Shown here piece after piece: positions 25,676-38,936 of a stretch of DNA of 64,000 nt. The stretch comes from Rhynchopus sp. YZ270_cl-10. Taxonomy: Eukaryota. The stretch covers positions 1,240,001-1,304,000 of the forward strand of contig OZ037841.1 in the NCBI GenBank assembly GCA_964035575.1, given 5' to 3'. The notes beneath the pieces are model-generated. The model was given only the letters and a program-made list of their open reading frames with translations. It had not been told where the DNA came from and searched no databases. Both the position numbers and the translations under genes were made by a program. The stretch's first letter is position 1, and each line of letters starts with the position of its first letter.

Positions 25676-28600
25676 CAAAAAAAAAAAAAAAAGAACGGAA
25701 AAGGTGGGCCACCTTTTCCGTTCTACTGAGCTAGGACCCTGAGTTGGCAGAAAAATTTTATTTTGTGTTTCGGTTCGTTTTCTTCTGTTTTTTTCTTCTT
25801 TTTTTGGTAGCTTAGCATGAGATACTCATGTTATCTAACCTACTTTTGTACCTTTCTTTCCTTTTGCACTGGAAAGACAAGGTGGGGGTCAAAGCGCCGT
25901 CCGCATTACTTTATCCTTTGCCACAAACGGCAGTGGAGATGAGGTATGCGCACGACCTGCAAAAAACACACCACCTTTGTAAAGGAAATTGTGCACAGAA
26001 CTAATTCTGCCTATTTGTCTCTCCCTCTCTCTTATATATTTTTGGAAAAAAAGAAGAAAAAAAGGCTAGGTGCATTCAGTGCACGGGATGGACTCGCATT
26101 TTTTAAAGAAGACTGTCTGAATGGCGGCCACACTGAACAAAACAAATTATCAAACTGCCCCCTTCCCGATCAATCCCGAGTCAGTGTTTGTTTGTTTTGT
26201 TTGTGTTTTTTTTCTTGCTATATTTTTTGTAGTACAATATGCGGCTTCCTTCCCGTTCTTTCTGTTCCTTCATTGGTGCGTAAAGGTACATCTGTCAAGT
26301 AATTTTTTGTTTTCTATTGTCCATTGCACTCTTTTTTGTTCATTATTTCAACCAACAGAGTTGTACAGTCATTGCGACATGGTGACGGAAACGTTCCACG
26401 TACCAGATGACTCTAAATAATAATGACAACGAAAGAGGAGGGCATTACGAGGTGCCGTGGGAAAAACATGTGTGGTCTTTTTACGCCAAGGTTTGGGAAT
26501 CAGGCCCAACCTTTTGATTGTGTCATTCCCAGCTGCTGTAGGTCGCCGTATTTACACGGAACTTCAAAATCTTTTTCTTCGTCGTGTCAGTGCTGCGTCC
26601 CAGAGGCGTTTGTACTATCAACTTCACTTTTCTTCTTTTGATCCCGACAGAATTTTATCAACCAAAAATCATAAAAAAGGTGCGACTTTCTTTAGCTGAT
26701 TTCGCTGTTTTTTTCTTCACCGGAATAAGGCCGACCTTGTTAGAAAGTCACACATTTTTTTTTTTTCGAAGATAACTGAGCAACGAAAGACTTAGGATAA
26801 TCTTGCAAAAGCTTTTCTTTTATAACTTTCCCCGAAGTCAGCTTTCCCTTTTATTCCTTTTATTCCTTTCATTTATATTTGCCTTTCCCTATATTGTTCG
26901 ATCAAACCCTCTCTCTCTCTCTCCCTCCCTCTCCACACCCTGCAAGGTGAGCTGTGCTGCGATACCCCATTACCCCCCATACACTGTACATCGCTCCCGT
27001 GGGGGTTCGATAAACTCCGTGAGGGCGTTGCAAAATCGGTGCAATTTCACTTCCAACAATTAAAACGGTACCCTGTGGGGGAAATGTGTCCAAACACAAT
27101 TGTACGATTGTGTTTGGGAATATATCCCTCTTTTTGAGGGGTCATTCCCAATCATATTTACCCACAACGGTATTTGGAGATTGGAAAGGGAAAAGAAAAA
27201 TGCAGCACTCCATTCTCCCCCGCTCAGCCTTTCAAGGCAATGAGTACCAAAGAGAAGGATTTAATATTTTCCCTCCCTCCATCCACAGTGTCTGCATTTG
27301 CAATTTTTTTTTTTCTATTCCACCCCCTTTTTTGTGTGCATCTCAGGCGTCAAGGGATCAGATTCACATTTTTTTTTTTTTCGCCCCCTTTTTTTTTGTT
27401 CTTTTTTCTCTGCTTCCCATTTCATCAGCGGAATGTGTTCGACGTTAAACCAACCACCAATCACCACAACTCAGCCACACTCTAGGGGACTGGACTACTG
27501 GGCCTTCTATTTTCGCCAACGGGAAGAGTGTGGTGCCTCTGTGCACACCAGAGTCTTCCGTATGGCGTCCCTTTTTCATCAGGCTGCACGGTGACCATGT
27601 GCCCGGTACTTTCCTTTTTATTCCTACGAAGCTTGCTTTAAAGGAGAAATAGTATTACCGGGGTACGGTCGCCAAATCATCCTCAGGAGGATTTTGTGCA
27701 ATCAACGAAAAACAACTTTACTTACCGATCCTATTTGTGTACCGTGCTAAAAACGGCAACATGCATTTAAACGTAATGCAAACAATCATGATATTTAGCA
27801 TGGTGTCCGAGGCTGGTCACTGTGTACGCCCAAATATTGGGGTGCACTGTTGCGACAGCCAGGTAGTCAGCATCACGTTAGCTTCATTGGAGCACCCCGT
27901 TTAGGTGCACCAAAATACAGAAGACTCCGATGCTTCGTGTCAGATACACATTTTGTTTTTTTTATTCTTATGTGCGAGACTATAAGACACCTCTGTTAGG
28001 GGGTGGCTATCAAATACGCAGTGCGTGTATGATACACTGTGGGGATGGCCTGCCGTTTCACCAGATGAGAATGGTGGTATTTTTTTTTTTAGAGAGTGTT
28101 TGGATAGTGAAGGAGATACCATCCTTTGTGAAACAGATCCTGTCTAAAAAATGATGATTTTTTATCAAAAGGTCAACTAAGCACAGTCAGGACCAACCCA
28201 GGTTCATCTAACACACAAAAAAACTTTTATTTTTCCACTATTGCAACGCCCTAACGCATTTCTGTTTTCTAAACATATTTTCCAAAAGGTGGCTAAGCGC
28301 GAGAGGCTTAGGGTCATCTTATAAACTTTTCTTTTCCGCAAGATGCGTTTGCACTCTCAACTTCACTTTTCTGTACATCACACGGTTCCCTATTTCTTCA
28401 AGATGGCTGAGCACTTCCCAAGGCTCGGGTTCATCTTACAAAACTTTATTTTATCGATGCACCTGCCGCCATCGAAGGGGGCGGTGTCTTGCAAGCATTT
28501 CTTTATGTGCGTGAAATTGCCGTCAAACAAAAAACAGGGATTTTTTTTTTTTCCAGGGAAGTTCCACCCCTGAAATCTCAATGCAGTGTTTTGTACTTTT

Positions 28601-29148
28601 ATTTTGCTTCACTTTTCAACCTTCTGTTCTTCTGTTCCTTCTCCGTTTTGTGTACATGCACTAGTCGATATCCACTGACTTCAGGTCTGACCCTTCATCC
28701 CCGCTCCCACCCCTCAAGGTAAATCGCTGTTTTTGTTATCAGTGTGCGGTACGGTGTTCTGTCTGACTTTTCTTTTGTGTCATATTTTGCTGTTGTGTAC
28801 TGTGCGTGCGTGCACGGCGTTATTTTTTTATTTGACTTTGCATACTGAGGGAGGGAGTTAACCACCCCCCCGAGATAGCCATATCTGAGTAATTCCTTTG
28901 GAAGAAAAAAGGGGAAAACACACCCCACCCACATTCATCCCTCATTACCCCTCACATACATAAAGCAAATATCACTCAGCCCCCATTTCATTTTTAGCGT
29001 TTCGGAAGCTTCGGCTCCCCTCTGTCGGCTTTGTATTTCGCCCCCCTTTTCAACACCCCCCCTTTTCAACACACCCCCTTTTCAACACACCCCCTTTTTT
29101 ACACACCCCCTCTCCAGGGCAAACCAAAAAAAACCAAAAAACACCACT

Positions 29149-30285
29149 ATGTCTGGGAGCGGCGCTTGGCTAAACGAGGACGGATCTGCTATGTGGGTTT
29201 CCGGTGCAAAAGAGGGGAAGTACTGTCCACCACCGAGCACCTTACCTCGGGTGGCGGGGAAGGTGACGAAGGCTGAGGGGCATCCTTTTGGGACTCCCAC
29301 CGTTGGGGACTGGGCGAAGGCGAGTGGACATCCTGAAACAGCGGGGCATGTTTGGAACACTGTGCGGAAGTGCACAAAGTGTGGCAAGCCGAATGCGTAC
29401 ACTTTGACAGAGTGCAACTCTTGCGCCGAAACTCTCCCGGTTGAGACAACGACGACAGCGAACCTCTTCAGCTGCATTGTCTATGGGTTTGATGCAGTGG
29501 GCTTGTCTTTGAGGCATGAGTCGGAAAACCTTGTTGTGCTGGATGATTTGCTGTGCCTCTCTGCTTGCCACGTCAATGCCGTCTGGGCAAAACACTTCAT
29601 CCCCGATGTCCGCACGCTGTTCACCAACCCAAAAGCCGGACTCAAAGTTGTCAACGAAATGTTCGACGCAGTGAAGCACGTCTACCTCGATAGCTTTGTC
29701 GCAAACAAAGAATTCGTCGCCTCCAACGTATCCAACCCCCCAACAAGCGAAGAGGACTGGATCGATCTTGCAGCCTGCGGGTTCAACACCCCGCCCTCGC
29801 AGTTCCAGCTGCACCTCCAGTTTGTGATGTTCCCGGTAATCCCATTTCACGCAGCGCAGCTGATGAAAGGGCTTCACTTCACTCTTGGACGGTTCTGTCC
29901 ATTTACATATGTGAAACGTGCGTTGGAGGTTGCAGCAGCACAGCCGGGGGGGTTGGATGTTAAGATTACAAAGGATACGAAGATGGAAGAGATCTTTGAG
30001 AGTGTTGGGAAGTTGGGTGTATGCTATAAGACCATGTGGACGGAGATGATGACACGCCTGAAAGCACAGCAGGAACGTCACGGTGCATACCCGAAGGACA
30101 ACTTCAACGGCGTCTTCAGCGATGCCAAAGGTGAAACCGACCCAAACACCGCCCACGACAGGCTTGCCCTAACAAGCTATGGACGCCCCTACACAGCAGA
30201 CAACAAGCCCAACGCTGACAACCACTACTCTATGTCAAAGCGCCCAGGAGAACTCCCCAATTTTGGGCCCGACACTGTATTCTAA
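29149..30285 (+). CDS. Zinc-ribbon + HIT/DcpS-C-like domain protein
   Basis: 378 aa; CTKC...CNSC ribbon; SACHVNAV and GFNTPPSQFQLHLQF resemble the HIT-family GFHxPPSxxHLHLH motif. Confidence 0.75.
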   Translation: MSGSGAWLNEDGSAMWVSGAKEGKYCPPPSTLPRVAGKVTKAEGHPFGTPTVGDWAKASGHPETAGHVWNTVRKCTKCGKPNAYTLTECNSCAETLPVETTTTANLFSCIVYGFDAVGLSLRHESENLVVLDDLLCLSACHVNAVWAKHFIPDVRTLFTNPKAGLKVVNEMFDAVKHVYLDSFVANKEFVASNVSNPPTSEEDWIDLAACGFNTPPSQFQLHLQFVMFPVIPFHAAQLMKGLHFTLGRFCPFTYVKRALEVAAAQPGGLDVKITKDTKMEEIFESVGKLGVCYKTMWTEMMTRLKAQQERHGAYPKDNFNGVFSDAKGETDPNTAHDRLALTSYGRPYTADNKPNADNHYSMSKRPGELPNFGPDTVF

Positions 30286-31969
30286 AAAAAAGAGGAAAAA
30301 TGGGGGAAAGGTGGCTTAAAATAGGGGGAAAAGATGTATTGGAGGGATAAGGGGGGGGATCGTGGCGGTGTGAGGGATGTGGGAGGGTTCAAGAAAGTAA
30401 AAGGAATAAAAGAAGGTGTACGATATTCGCAGTCGTCTATTGCCTCTCTGTGGCAAGTGCTGCACAACATTCGTGGGGTAGTTCTATCTTAGAAAGAAAC
30501 TAAGAAATCCCAGAGGGGAAAATGGAGATGGGTGGGAAGGAATACGGGGAGGGGGGGAATGGGCTGATAGTGGGGGTGGGGAGTACCTGGGGTGCACGAC
30601 GACATTTGTCATGACGAAGCGTAACGATAACTGCTTGTCAAGTGTGCCTTGTCATGGCATGGCAAGTGTCGTCGTGTGGGGGTTGGGGGTGCTGTCTTTA
30701 GACGTGGTGATGTGTGTGCAATGCACTCCCCATCAACCCTCCTTTTTTAAAGATGTGATGCCCGTCCATCTTATAAGTTTTTTTTGTGGCGATATGTGCT
30801 GGGTTTTTGTGCAGCTACCGCACACCAGTCTTTTATCTCTTTGTCTTTCAACTGCACAACACTAACTTGTACAAAACGGAAAAATAATAGCTGATTTCCC
30901 AGTAATCGCTCCTACCTCCCCTTTAACAACGTGGGGTCTGTACCCACTACACAAATGTACACGGATCCTTGTGAACGATGCGTGCCTCTTTTCCTGAGGC
31001 GATCTATCGCAAAATCTTTCTTCTTCTTTTTCCTGTTTTGCAATGTTTGCAACCCAAAGCCTTTGGTATTGTCACGAGAGGTTTAGGTTCATCTCAACCT
31101 TTCTACTAAGATGTGGTGTGAGTTTTTGTGCATATTGGGTGTGTGTTTTTTATGTCAGCGCTTATCGTGGATGTCTAGACGCGATATTCAACGGGAATTG
31201 CAGATAACTTAGGCACAGTCCATGTTTCAAAATGCTATTACCAAGGTTAGAGAAAGGCTGACAACGGGTGACGAGCTTGGGATCATCTTACCAACATCCC
31301 ATCTTGTATGTCTCCGTGTAGATTGCTCTGTCACCCGTGCGTTTCAGCTCGATGAGAGGCTTAGGTTCACTTTTTTTTTTTTTTTGAAATTTTTCTTATT
31401 TTCTTCCCCTCAAAACTCTTGGGCACACCCTGTCTATTTTGACAGAAAATATGGTTTGTCGCTTTGCAGAAAACAAATGCTTAACACGGCAAAGCAATAA
31501 CCCCCTCCCTTACGGTTGGCGCGAAAGAAACTCCTGCCATTCAGGGTACGCATATTTTGTTGAAAGCATTGAAAGCGTCCTTCTCTTTGCTCTCTATTAA
31601 GGATCCTGTGAAAGAAAACCGGTGGCTGCTATCTAGTGATAGTCTATAAACAAACAAAATTTCGTTGAAAGCAGTTGCGGGTAGTTTCTTGGAGCGAACC
31701 ATTGCGATATGGTAAGTGCATTGTTTGCAGGTAATTATGGGTCGTTCTTGTGCGAATATTGCTCATGGTTTAGTATGATCCCGCGGAAAGTACATTTCTT
31801 TAACAAGGATGGGTTGCTCCCCGTCATTTCTCCCCTCCCCATATTTGTTCAATTTTAAAAAAAGAAAGGACAGTTGCGAAGCATGCTTTCCCCCTCCCCA
31901 CCAATGGCTATGGTAGGTTCGGACTTCGTCTTTTAAAATAATACGCTCGTACAGGTAGAGGAGTTGCTT

Positions 31970-32860
31970 CAAAAGAGGATTCCTCCGTGGTCGTCGTAGG
32001 GACCGTAAACTGTGCTGCGACGCGCGCGGTCCTCCAGGTTTTCTCGCACCTCAGTGAGGATGCCCTCCACCACGGCCTTGCCGGACTTCTTCGACAGCAC
32101 CTTCTTCAACGGCACGGACAGGTAACTGACCACAACATCTTCCGGAAAAGTGGCCGACTTCGTGCACTTCTCTTCGACCGCGTCACGAGCGCAAAGCGCT
32201 TCAACAGCATTTTCTTGTCGCAAGACAGATGGACGTCGTCACCGAGATTCAGCTTCTTCCTGTACACAATCTCTACTGCGCGCTCGAAGTCCATCGAACT
32301 GCTCTCAGCTGGGTGCACATCTTCACATTTTTTACCTTTGGTTCTAATCCTCTCCCAGAAGTGTCCTGGTTTGATAGGAAATTTTGAGGATACCCCACGG
32401 GTTGCGCAGCTGTTCCGATACAACCGAGAGAAATGACAAAGGAGGAACAACTGTGTCGATACGACCTAGAGGTTGCATGAAATCTTCATCAGATACGCAT
32501 AAGAGACACATTCATATCATCTTGAGGAGGTTGAGGAGGTTGAGGTCGTTGTTCCGCACACATAGGTGCGATCATCGGCTTCCCGCTCATGAACCATGGC
32601 TCTTCTTCTTCTTCATCAGAAGTCCACCACGCTGTCACTGCCACAGTCGCTCGACTCGTCAGTTGCATCATCTGAGGGTGCATCATTCTCCTCGTCTGCA
32701 TCCACGTTGCTGCGCGACCTCGTCGTCATCCTGTGGATCAACAAATAGCTCGAACGCGAGGATACTCGCTGCATCCCTCGCACTCCTTGATGTCCTCTAG
32801 TTACACAAATTTTCTCTTTCAGTTGGTGGACACATACCATGGTGTAGAGGGTCATCGGAT
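31970..32860 (-). pseudogene. Fragmented coding-like remnant antisense to the gene cluster (possibly transposon-derived)
   Basis: Coding-like composition with an acidic segment (DADEENDAPSDDATDESSD) and broken ORFs 32616-32855, 32106-32450 and 31969-32223. No family recognised. Confidence 0.35.
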
Positions 32861-33010
32861 GTCATCTTTTCTTGTCATCTTGGAAGGAGGTTGGTAATGG
32901 CATGTGTTGGATTGTTTTCATGTTTCTCCATCCATTTCCCCTTCTGTAGTCTCTGTTCCCTGACTCATACACACCACACAGGGCAAGGACACACTGCTCT
33001 TCACTTAATC

Positions 33011-34646
33011 ATGTCGCTCGAGATCCATAGGAAGAAGCCTGCACGGCAGGGGAACGTATCGCCCGCATCCTCCACACAAGTCGCCGTGAGTGGTGTGCAG
33101 CAGCAGCAGGGAGGTGGTCAGGTATGCACAATAGAAAAGCTGCTGGGATGAGTTTCAAACTCTGTGTAGCAGACAGCAGAAAGGGGTGTGTGTGTGAGCA
33201 GTGTAGTGCATTCACATTTTTAGTTTTTTTCTCCCCTTTGTTTTTTTGAAAAAGTGATGAGTTCGGTAACACCCAAGGAAGTCACGTAACAAAAAAAATT
33301 AACTCACTCACTACACACAGCTTGTCACGTCGCAGCAGCCTGAAAGGGATGCTTCCAAGGAGTTCTACCTCCCTGGTGAAAACGAATTGGGGCTTCTGGA
33401 GGTATGTCATACACGGTGGGGTCTGGGAGGTCACAAATGTCTTGGCTGCCGTGTACCCTTCTTGCTGTGCGTCTTGAGTGTGCATGATGCCTCTCGTGAA
33501 GCTGTGCGGGGACAATCCCAGTCTCCCCGATCATCTGAATGCTTCCCTACATCTGCCCCGTCCTCCTCGTTTGTGTTTTTGTTATCAATGGTGTTTCATA
33601 CTCAGGTGATCTCTCAACGAGGATTTTTCATCCTTCACCTATTCCCCATGATGTAAATCCCACACCCACACACCTCTCCACCACACCCACTTCAGGTCTT
33701 CCACCGCACCCGCTCCCTTGCAAAGGGCAACACCTCCGACGACGGGGTCCCTGTCTGCAGTCGTCCTGTTGACGAGCTTCAGCTCAACTTCTACGACTTT
33801 GAGGGGTCACGCGTGGATTTGAACAACCGCCTTGTTCTCAAGGGCAAGATGGGTGTGATGGCAGAGCACCTCACAGAGGTCGACGATGCTGCTGTCATCA
33901 GCGGGCGTGACTTCAAGGGGCTTGCAGGCGGGCTCAACGGCCTGGTCGACGCTGAGTACATGATTGTGACGTACCGTGACTACTCACCGTGGGCTGTGCG
34001 GCACTTCCCTTCCGAGGCAGCAGGGAGCTGGCTGAACCCCTTCTCCCGAGCGAATGCGCGCTACGTCAAACGCTACTTCGCGATCAAGCTAGGCACGCAC
34101 CCTGGGGTGTTCCACCCTATCACGGAGTCGCAGTTTCTTGTGGGGTGCAACAAATTGCATCTTCGGCGGAGTGATTCTAGCGCTGGCGGGTATTCTCCGT
34201 TTGAAGCGCTTTCGCAGGAACAGTACAACACGATATGCAATATTCGCCACCCTGATGAGTTTCCGATGCCAGAGCCGGGTGCGGCACCTACCGGGGCGCA
34301 GGACAATATGTTTGGCTTTGTCTCACCCCAGAAGGGGAGCATGCTTGACTGGGTCATCGGCTACACACCCCTAGGATGGTACCGCCGTGTACGTGACGAT
34401 GCCTACCGTGCGCTTGGACAAGCATTAGTCTCGCTTCTGCTCTTTTCGGTAGGAGGGTACATTCTCTACAGCTATCTGATAAAGCCCTTCGTCGGCGGAG
34501 GGGAGAAGGACAGACGCAGCTCAACAAGACGTCTGCGCAGCCGTGCACCCCGTGACGATGGATACAGCCTCGACGCGATGTCCTCTCCACTCGGCTTCGC
34601 CAAGTCACAGCTGAAACAAGGTTTCGACACCATTCTTGGTGCCTAA
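33011..34646 (+). CDS. Hypothetical single-pass membrane protein; 2 exons (33011-33121, 33696-34646)
   Basis: Exon 1 MSLEIHRKK..GGGQ|GTATG; acceptor TTCAG|GTC at 33695, phase 0, in frame with ORF 33813. TM segment ALVSLLLFSVGGYILYSYLI. Confidence 0.75.
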
Positions 34647-36857
34647 GGAAAAGGGAGAATTGTAGAGTGTGATAACCTCTTGAGCAAAACCTTCGTGAGG
34701 AGTGAGGTTAGAGAGGTGGGTATATGGCCAATGCCTTTTTTGAGGTGAAACGCAGTGTTTTAATCTGATGAGTTCTTTTTTTGGGAGGGTTTTTTTGTTC
34801 GGGAAGGAGAGCTGATTTTTTGTCTTTGAAAAAACCCAGTCTTTTTGGAGATTGATGTTGCCGGTGTGTGGTGTTTTTTTTGTCAGCGTTCCAAAAAAGC
34901 AATACTAACTTTTACCCCCCCTTTCCCCCCGGGTATTTTTTGTTTTGTGACAGAAAACAAAACCGACCTCTCTGCTCTGCTGAGTGGGGTGAGAAAAACA
35001 CATTTTTCTCTATTTTTTTTTTTTTCTTCTTTTTCGCGGGAGCTTTTAGGTGCTTCATTCGAGGATTATTTTCATGATTTATGGTTTATGACTTCAATTC
35101 ATATTGGGTGTACAACAGAAAAATCCCCTATGTATTTACCGTGTTTTGACATAACGCCGTTTCTTGGCTGTCATATATGTTTTTTATTACATACGGGGTT
35201 GGTAGTTTTGAACGCTCTATTTCAGTGAGTTTGCACGAAGCTTATTCAACTTTCAAGTCGCCCTTCTTTTTCAGGGTCAGAAGCAGTCAAACACCTGTGT
35301 GCTTATAATGTAGGGCGGCCAATATGATACGGCGTTGCATCAGATATCACATAGCCTACACATTTTATCAATTTTTTCAAAAAAATTCTTTTGTTCGAGC
35401 GAGGGTATCCAAGCGGTTCTAGCCTTGAGGGAGCGTGAGGGGTGAAGGTGAGGGGAAAAGGAGAAGAACAAAACACAGGCTTGCCCTGTTGCCACACATA
35501 TGGTGCACACTTTGTTTTTTTTTATTGTCCCTTCTCCGAAAAGAGGCTCCAAGGGCTTCCCCCTCTCATGCTCATCTCTTCTTCCCTTCTGTAGATGATT
35601 GTGCACGAGACATAATTCATCGGTCACGTTTTTTTCTCTTTACCCCGTTTTTGGGTCGTTCGTTTTTGACCAATTTCAGCCCTTTTTAGGAAATTTAAAA
35701 TAGGCGACCACATAAGAGAGGCTTAGGTTCATTCTACAAATTTCTCTTTTTTTATTTTTCAAATGGTGAGTGGACATGAGAGGCTTGGAATCATTCCAGC
35801 ATTTTTTTTTCAGTGCCTGCGCTCCGATGAACGGTTGAGGCGTTTGCACTTTCAACTTCTCTTTTTTTTTCTTCAGTTCCTACGTCCACAGAGGCGTTTG
35901 TACTAAACTACCTCATTTTTTTGGTTCAACTATCCGGTTTGTTACGTTACGTCCTGCTTGCTTTATGTCCCATTGAATTGATGCATCGGAAAAAGAGGGT
36001 GAAAAGGGGTCTGGGTGGGGGGTGCAACCCCTGTACGATAGGCAAGGGACTATGCGTGCATGGTACGTGGCATCTCAAGGGCAGTGGTGATGTCCTAGAT
36101 GAAGCAGTTGCATGGATGCATGGTGGTGCTACGTGGTGGAAGTAAAAACAAAAAAAAAAAAAAAATAGTGGAGTTCATCCTTGGGTGTCTACACTAACAC
36201 AACCAAATTTTCAAACAAGGAGACGGATCTTTATGCCAGTAGGTGTAAAATTATGGATACAACAATAAAAATGGCGAAAAGCCACGTTCGAGTTCAAGAT
36301 GATTAGTGTCTATATCTAGTACAACAGCCTTTGGGCGACAATTGAGTACAGTACCCTTGCTTCGGTAGGTGATTGTCGACATAAATATTTTTGACACAAA
36401 AAAAGGTGCTATTGTGTGGAAAAGCAGTTGTGGGTTCCTATTAGTGGAACAGTGTGTGTATGTTTGCTATCAGGCGTGGGTTATTCCCTGATATTTGGAT
36501 TATAGCCCACTGTGTCGATACAACAAACAAAAAAAGGGGGGCAAGAACAGCAAAAAAAAAAAAGTACTGTAAGAACGAAAACCCACCCCACCTAACCTAT
36601 CTCTTTTCAAAAAAGAAAAAAGGGCGATTCATTTTCAACTCCATACCCTCTCACCCCCTCTTCCCTCCCTCCCTCCGCCATCTCCTCCAATCTCCATCTC
36701 CTTTTCTTCCAGAAATTTTCATTTAAGGTGACTAAGCAACGAGAGGCTTAGGTTCATCTTATAAACTTTTCTTTCATTTCCTCCCTCCATTTGGCCCACC
36801 CCTTCTCTTCAATCTCTCTCTCTCTTTCCCCTTTCTTAATTCAATGAGATTGAAGGT

Positions 36858-37490
36858 ATGAGCCAGGTGTGTTTTAGGGATGCAGACTGTCAGAGAGATG
36901 CGGGGCGTGGGTTTCTTGCCTCCGGCACACGGCGGAGGAGCAGTGTGCGCATCCTAGAGACGCTACCTGGGGAGCGGTGCGGGGCCAGCGCGCTGGAGAT
37001 CCAGCAGCTTCGCTTGGTGTGGCATGAGGTGGAGCGCGCTGCGGCAATGGAGCTGCAGAAGGTAGGTCGTGCGCTGCGTGACCGACGCCGTTGTGCAGAG
37101 TACCATCGTCTCTTCCATCAGGACCCTGCCTGCATGCTTGCGGAATATGGCCTTGCCCGTCTACAGCTCCGCAGGCACAGTCCCTCCTCCTCCCTCGGCT
37201 TCAGACTCGACACCACCATGCTCGTTGTCACCGTCGACCCTTCCTCCCCCGCTCACCTCTCCGGTCTCACCCCAGGCATGCGTGTCGTAGGCTGCAATGG
37301 ATGTGTGTGTCGTACGCCCTCCGCTCTTCATGCCTTCGCAAGCAATAGATTAGTCGTCATAGTAACGGTGCGCCTCGCTGCTCCAGCGGTTGTGAAAGAG
37401 TTTGTGGGGTTTGAGGGTGGGGGTGGAGGAGGAGGTGGTGGTGGTGGTGGTGTGGAAAGTGGAGACCATAGGTGCTGTGCTATCCAGTGA
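36858..37490 (+). CDS. PDZ-domain protein
   Basis: SLGFRLD..VVTVDPSSPAHLSGLTPGMRVVGCNG matches the PDZ signature; pyrimidine tract upstream. Confidence 0.75.
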   Translation: MSQVCFRDADCQRDAGRGFLASGTRRRSSVRILETLPGERCGASALEIQQLRLVWHEVERAAAMELQKVGRALRDRRRCAEYHRLFHQDPACMLAEYGLARLQLRRHSPSSSLGFRLDTTMLVVTVDPSSPAHLSGLTPGMRVVGCNGCVCRTPSALHAFASNRLVVIVTVRLAAPAVVKEFVGFEGGGGGGGGGGGGVESGDHRCCAIQ

Positions 37491-37868
37491 AGTTGTAGAT
37501 GCATCTTTTTTGCCAGTTCTTTTTTTTTGCTTCTGCAAAAAAAGAACCGGGCGGATATCCGAGATAAAACCCACACTCTTTTTCTTTATAGATGGTGTGT
37601 GTGTGTGTTTGAAAAAAAAAGCACTTTCTAGGGAGTTCCGAGAGCGGAACGTTTGCCTAGGTGATGCAGGGGGTTTTTGCGTTATTTTTTTTCTCTTTAA
37701 GCGACGTCTAACCACTACTAAACCGGCCCCACCCCCCAACACTCCCACACATAACGCAATCTATATCCAACTCCCATACTCCTTCTGACATCACACCCCA
37801 GAACTTTGCATTGTCACCGTCATTTAGAAACATCCCTCTTCTGTTCTTGTATGAAATAAATTTTGCGG

Positions 37869-38936
37869 ATGGAAGTATCAATACGCTGTGCCACCTCGGG
37901 GGAGCAGTGTGTGGTGTGTGTGGGTGAGGATGAGAGTGTCGGATCTCTGACTGCGAAGGCTGTGTGCGAGCTTGGGTGTACTGATGAGACTGCGGAGGTG
38001 GTGTTGCAGGATGACACAGACGCTATACTAGGCTCATCCGACACCCGTATTGCGGACACACCCCTGCAGGCGCAGGCGGAGCTGCAACTTGTCATTCTCG
38101 GTGCAAACATCAAGGCACCACACTGCTATCCGTGTTGTGCTTGCGAGATTGCGGTGTCCCCTTCAGGGACTCGCCTTGCGTGTGGAGAGGAGCTGGGCAT
38201 TGTATCAGTGTGGAACACTACTTCAGGCACAGCGCTGTGGCGGAGTGCAAAGAGCGGCACCTTGCATGCTTATGACGTCAGCTTCTCCCTCGACGGACGT
38301 CACCTCGCCTCCACACGCACCCGTGAGGTGGTCCTATGGGATGCTGCCACCGGAACGCCTCTGCACATCCTCCCCCACCCACGCCCCGTCCAGGCAGTCC
38401 GCTTCGCGCACAACGTGCTCCTCACAGGGACCACCAAATCATTGGACTTCTACGCGGATGGGGAGCACTTTCGTAGCGTTGTGGTCAGTGCGGGGGCGTT
38501 GCATGTGGCAGGTGGGGGTGAGGCAGTGTTGTGTGTCTCGCAGAGTGTGGCAAAGGTGGTGGACATTGCGAGCGGTGTGTGTGTGAGGGAGGTGGCCGAG
38601 GGGTTGGTGGGTGTGAGTGCCTGTGGCGGGTTGGCTGCGTTGGTGACGGTGGAGGGTGTGGTGCTGTACAGCATGCCGGATGTGGAGCAGCGTGGTGTGG
38701 TGGCGGTGCCCCCGGTAGAAGTGGAGTGTATTGCTGTCTCGTCCAAAGGGTTGGTTGCTTGCTCATGCGGCAGTGAGGTGTGGCTCTGCGCCACTGCGGG
38801 CTCATGCGAGTGGCACGTCCTCGAATCCGACCCTGTCGATGACGTCTGCACACTGCATTTCTCCCCATGCGGGAAGTGGCTCTTTATCGCTGCGTCCAAC
38901 ACCGTCATAGTGGTCTCTTGCAGGGATGCACAATGA
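37869..38936 (+). CDS. WD40-repeat protein with N-terminal ubiquitin-like domain
   Basis: WD motifs VSPSGTRLACG..VSVWN, FSLDGRHLAS..VLWDAATG and FSPCGKWL. N-terminal MEVSIRC...ELQLVI is Ubl-like. Confidence 0.85.
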   Translation: MEVSIRCATSGEQCVVCVGEDESVGSLTAKAVCELGCTDETAEVVLQDDTDAILGSSDTRIADTPLQAQAELQLVILGANIKAPHCYPCCACEIAVSPSGTRLACGEELGIVSVWNTTSGTALWRSAKSGTLHAYDVSFSLDGRHLASTRTREVVLWDAATGTPLHILPHPRPVQAVRFAHNVLLTGTTKSLDFYADGEHFRSVVVSAGALHVAGGGEAVLCVSQSVAKVVDIASGVCVREVAEGLVGVSACGGLAALVTVEGVVLYSMPDVEQRGVVAVPPVEVECIAVSSKGLVACSCGSEVWLCATAGSCEWHVLESDPVDDVCTLHFSPCGKWLFIAASNTVIVVSCRDAQ

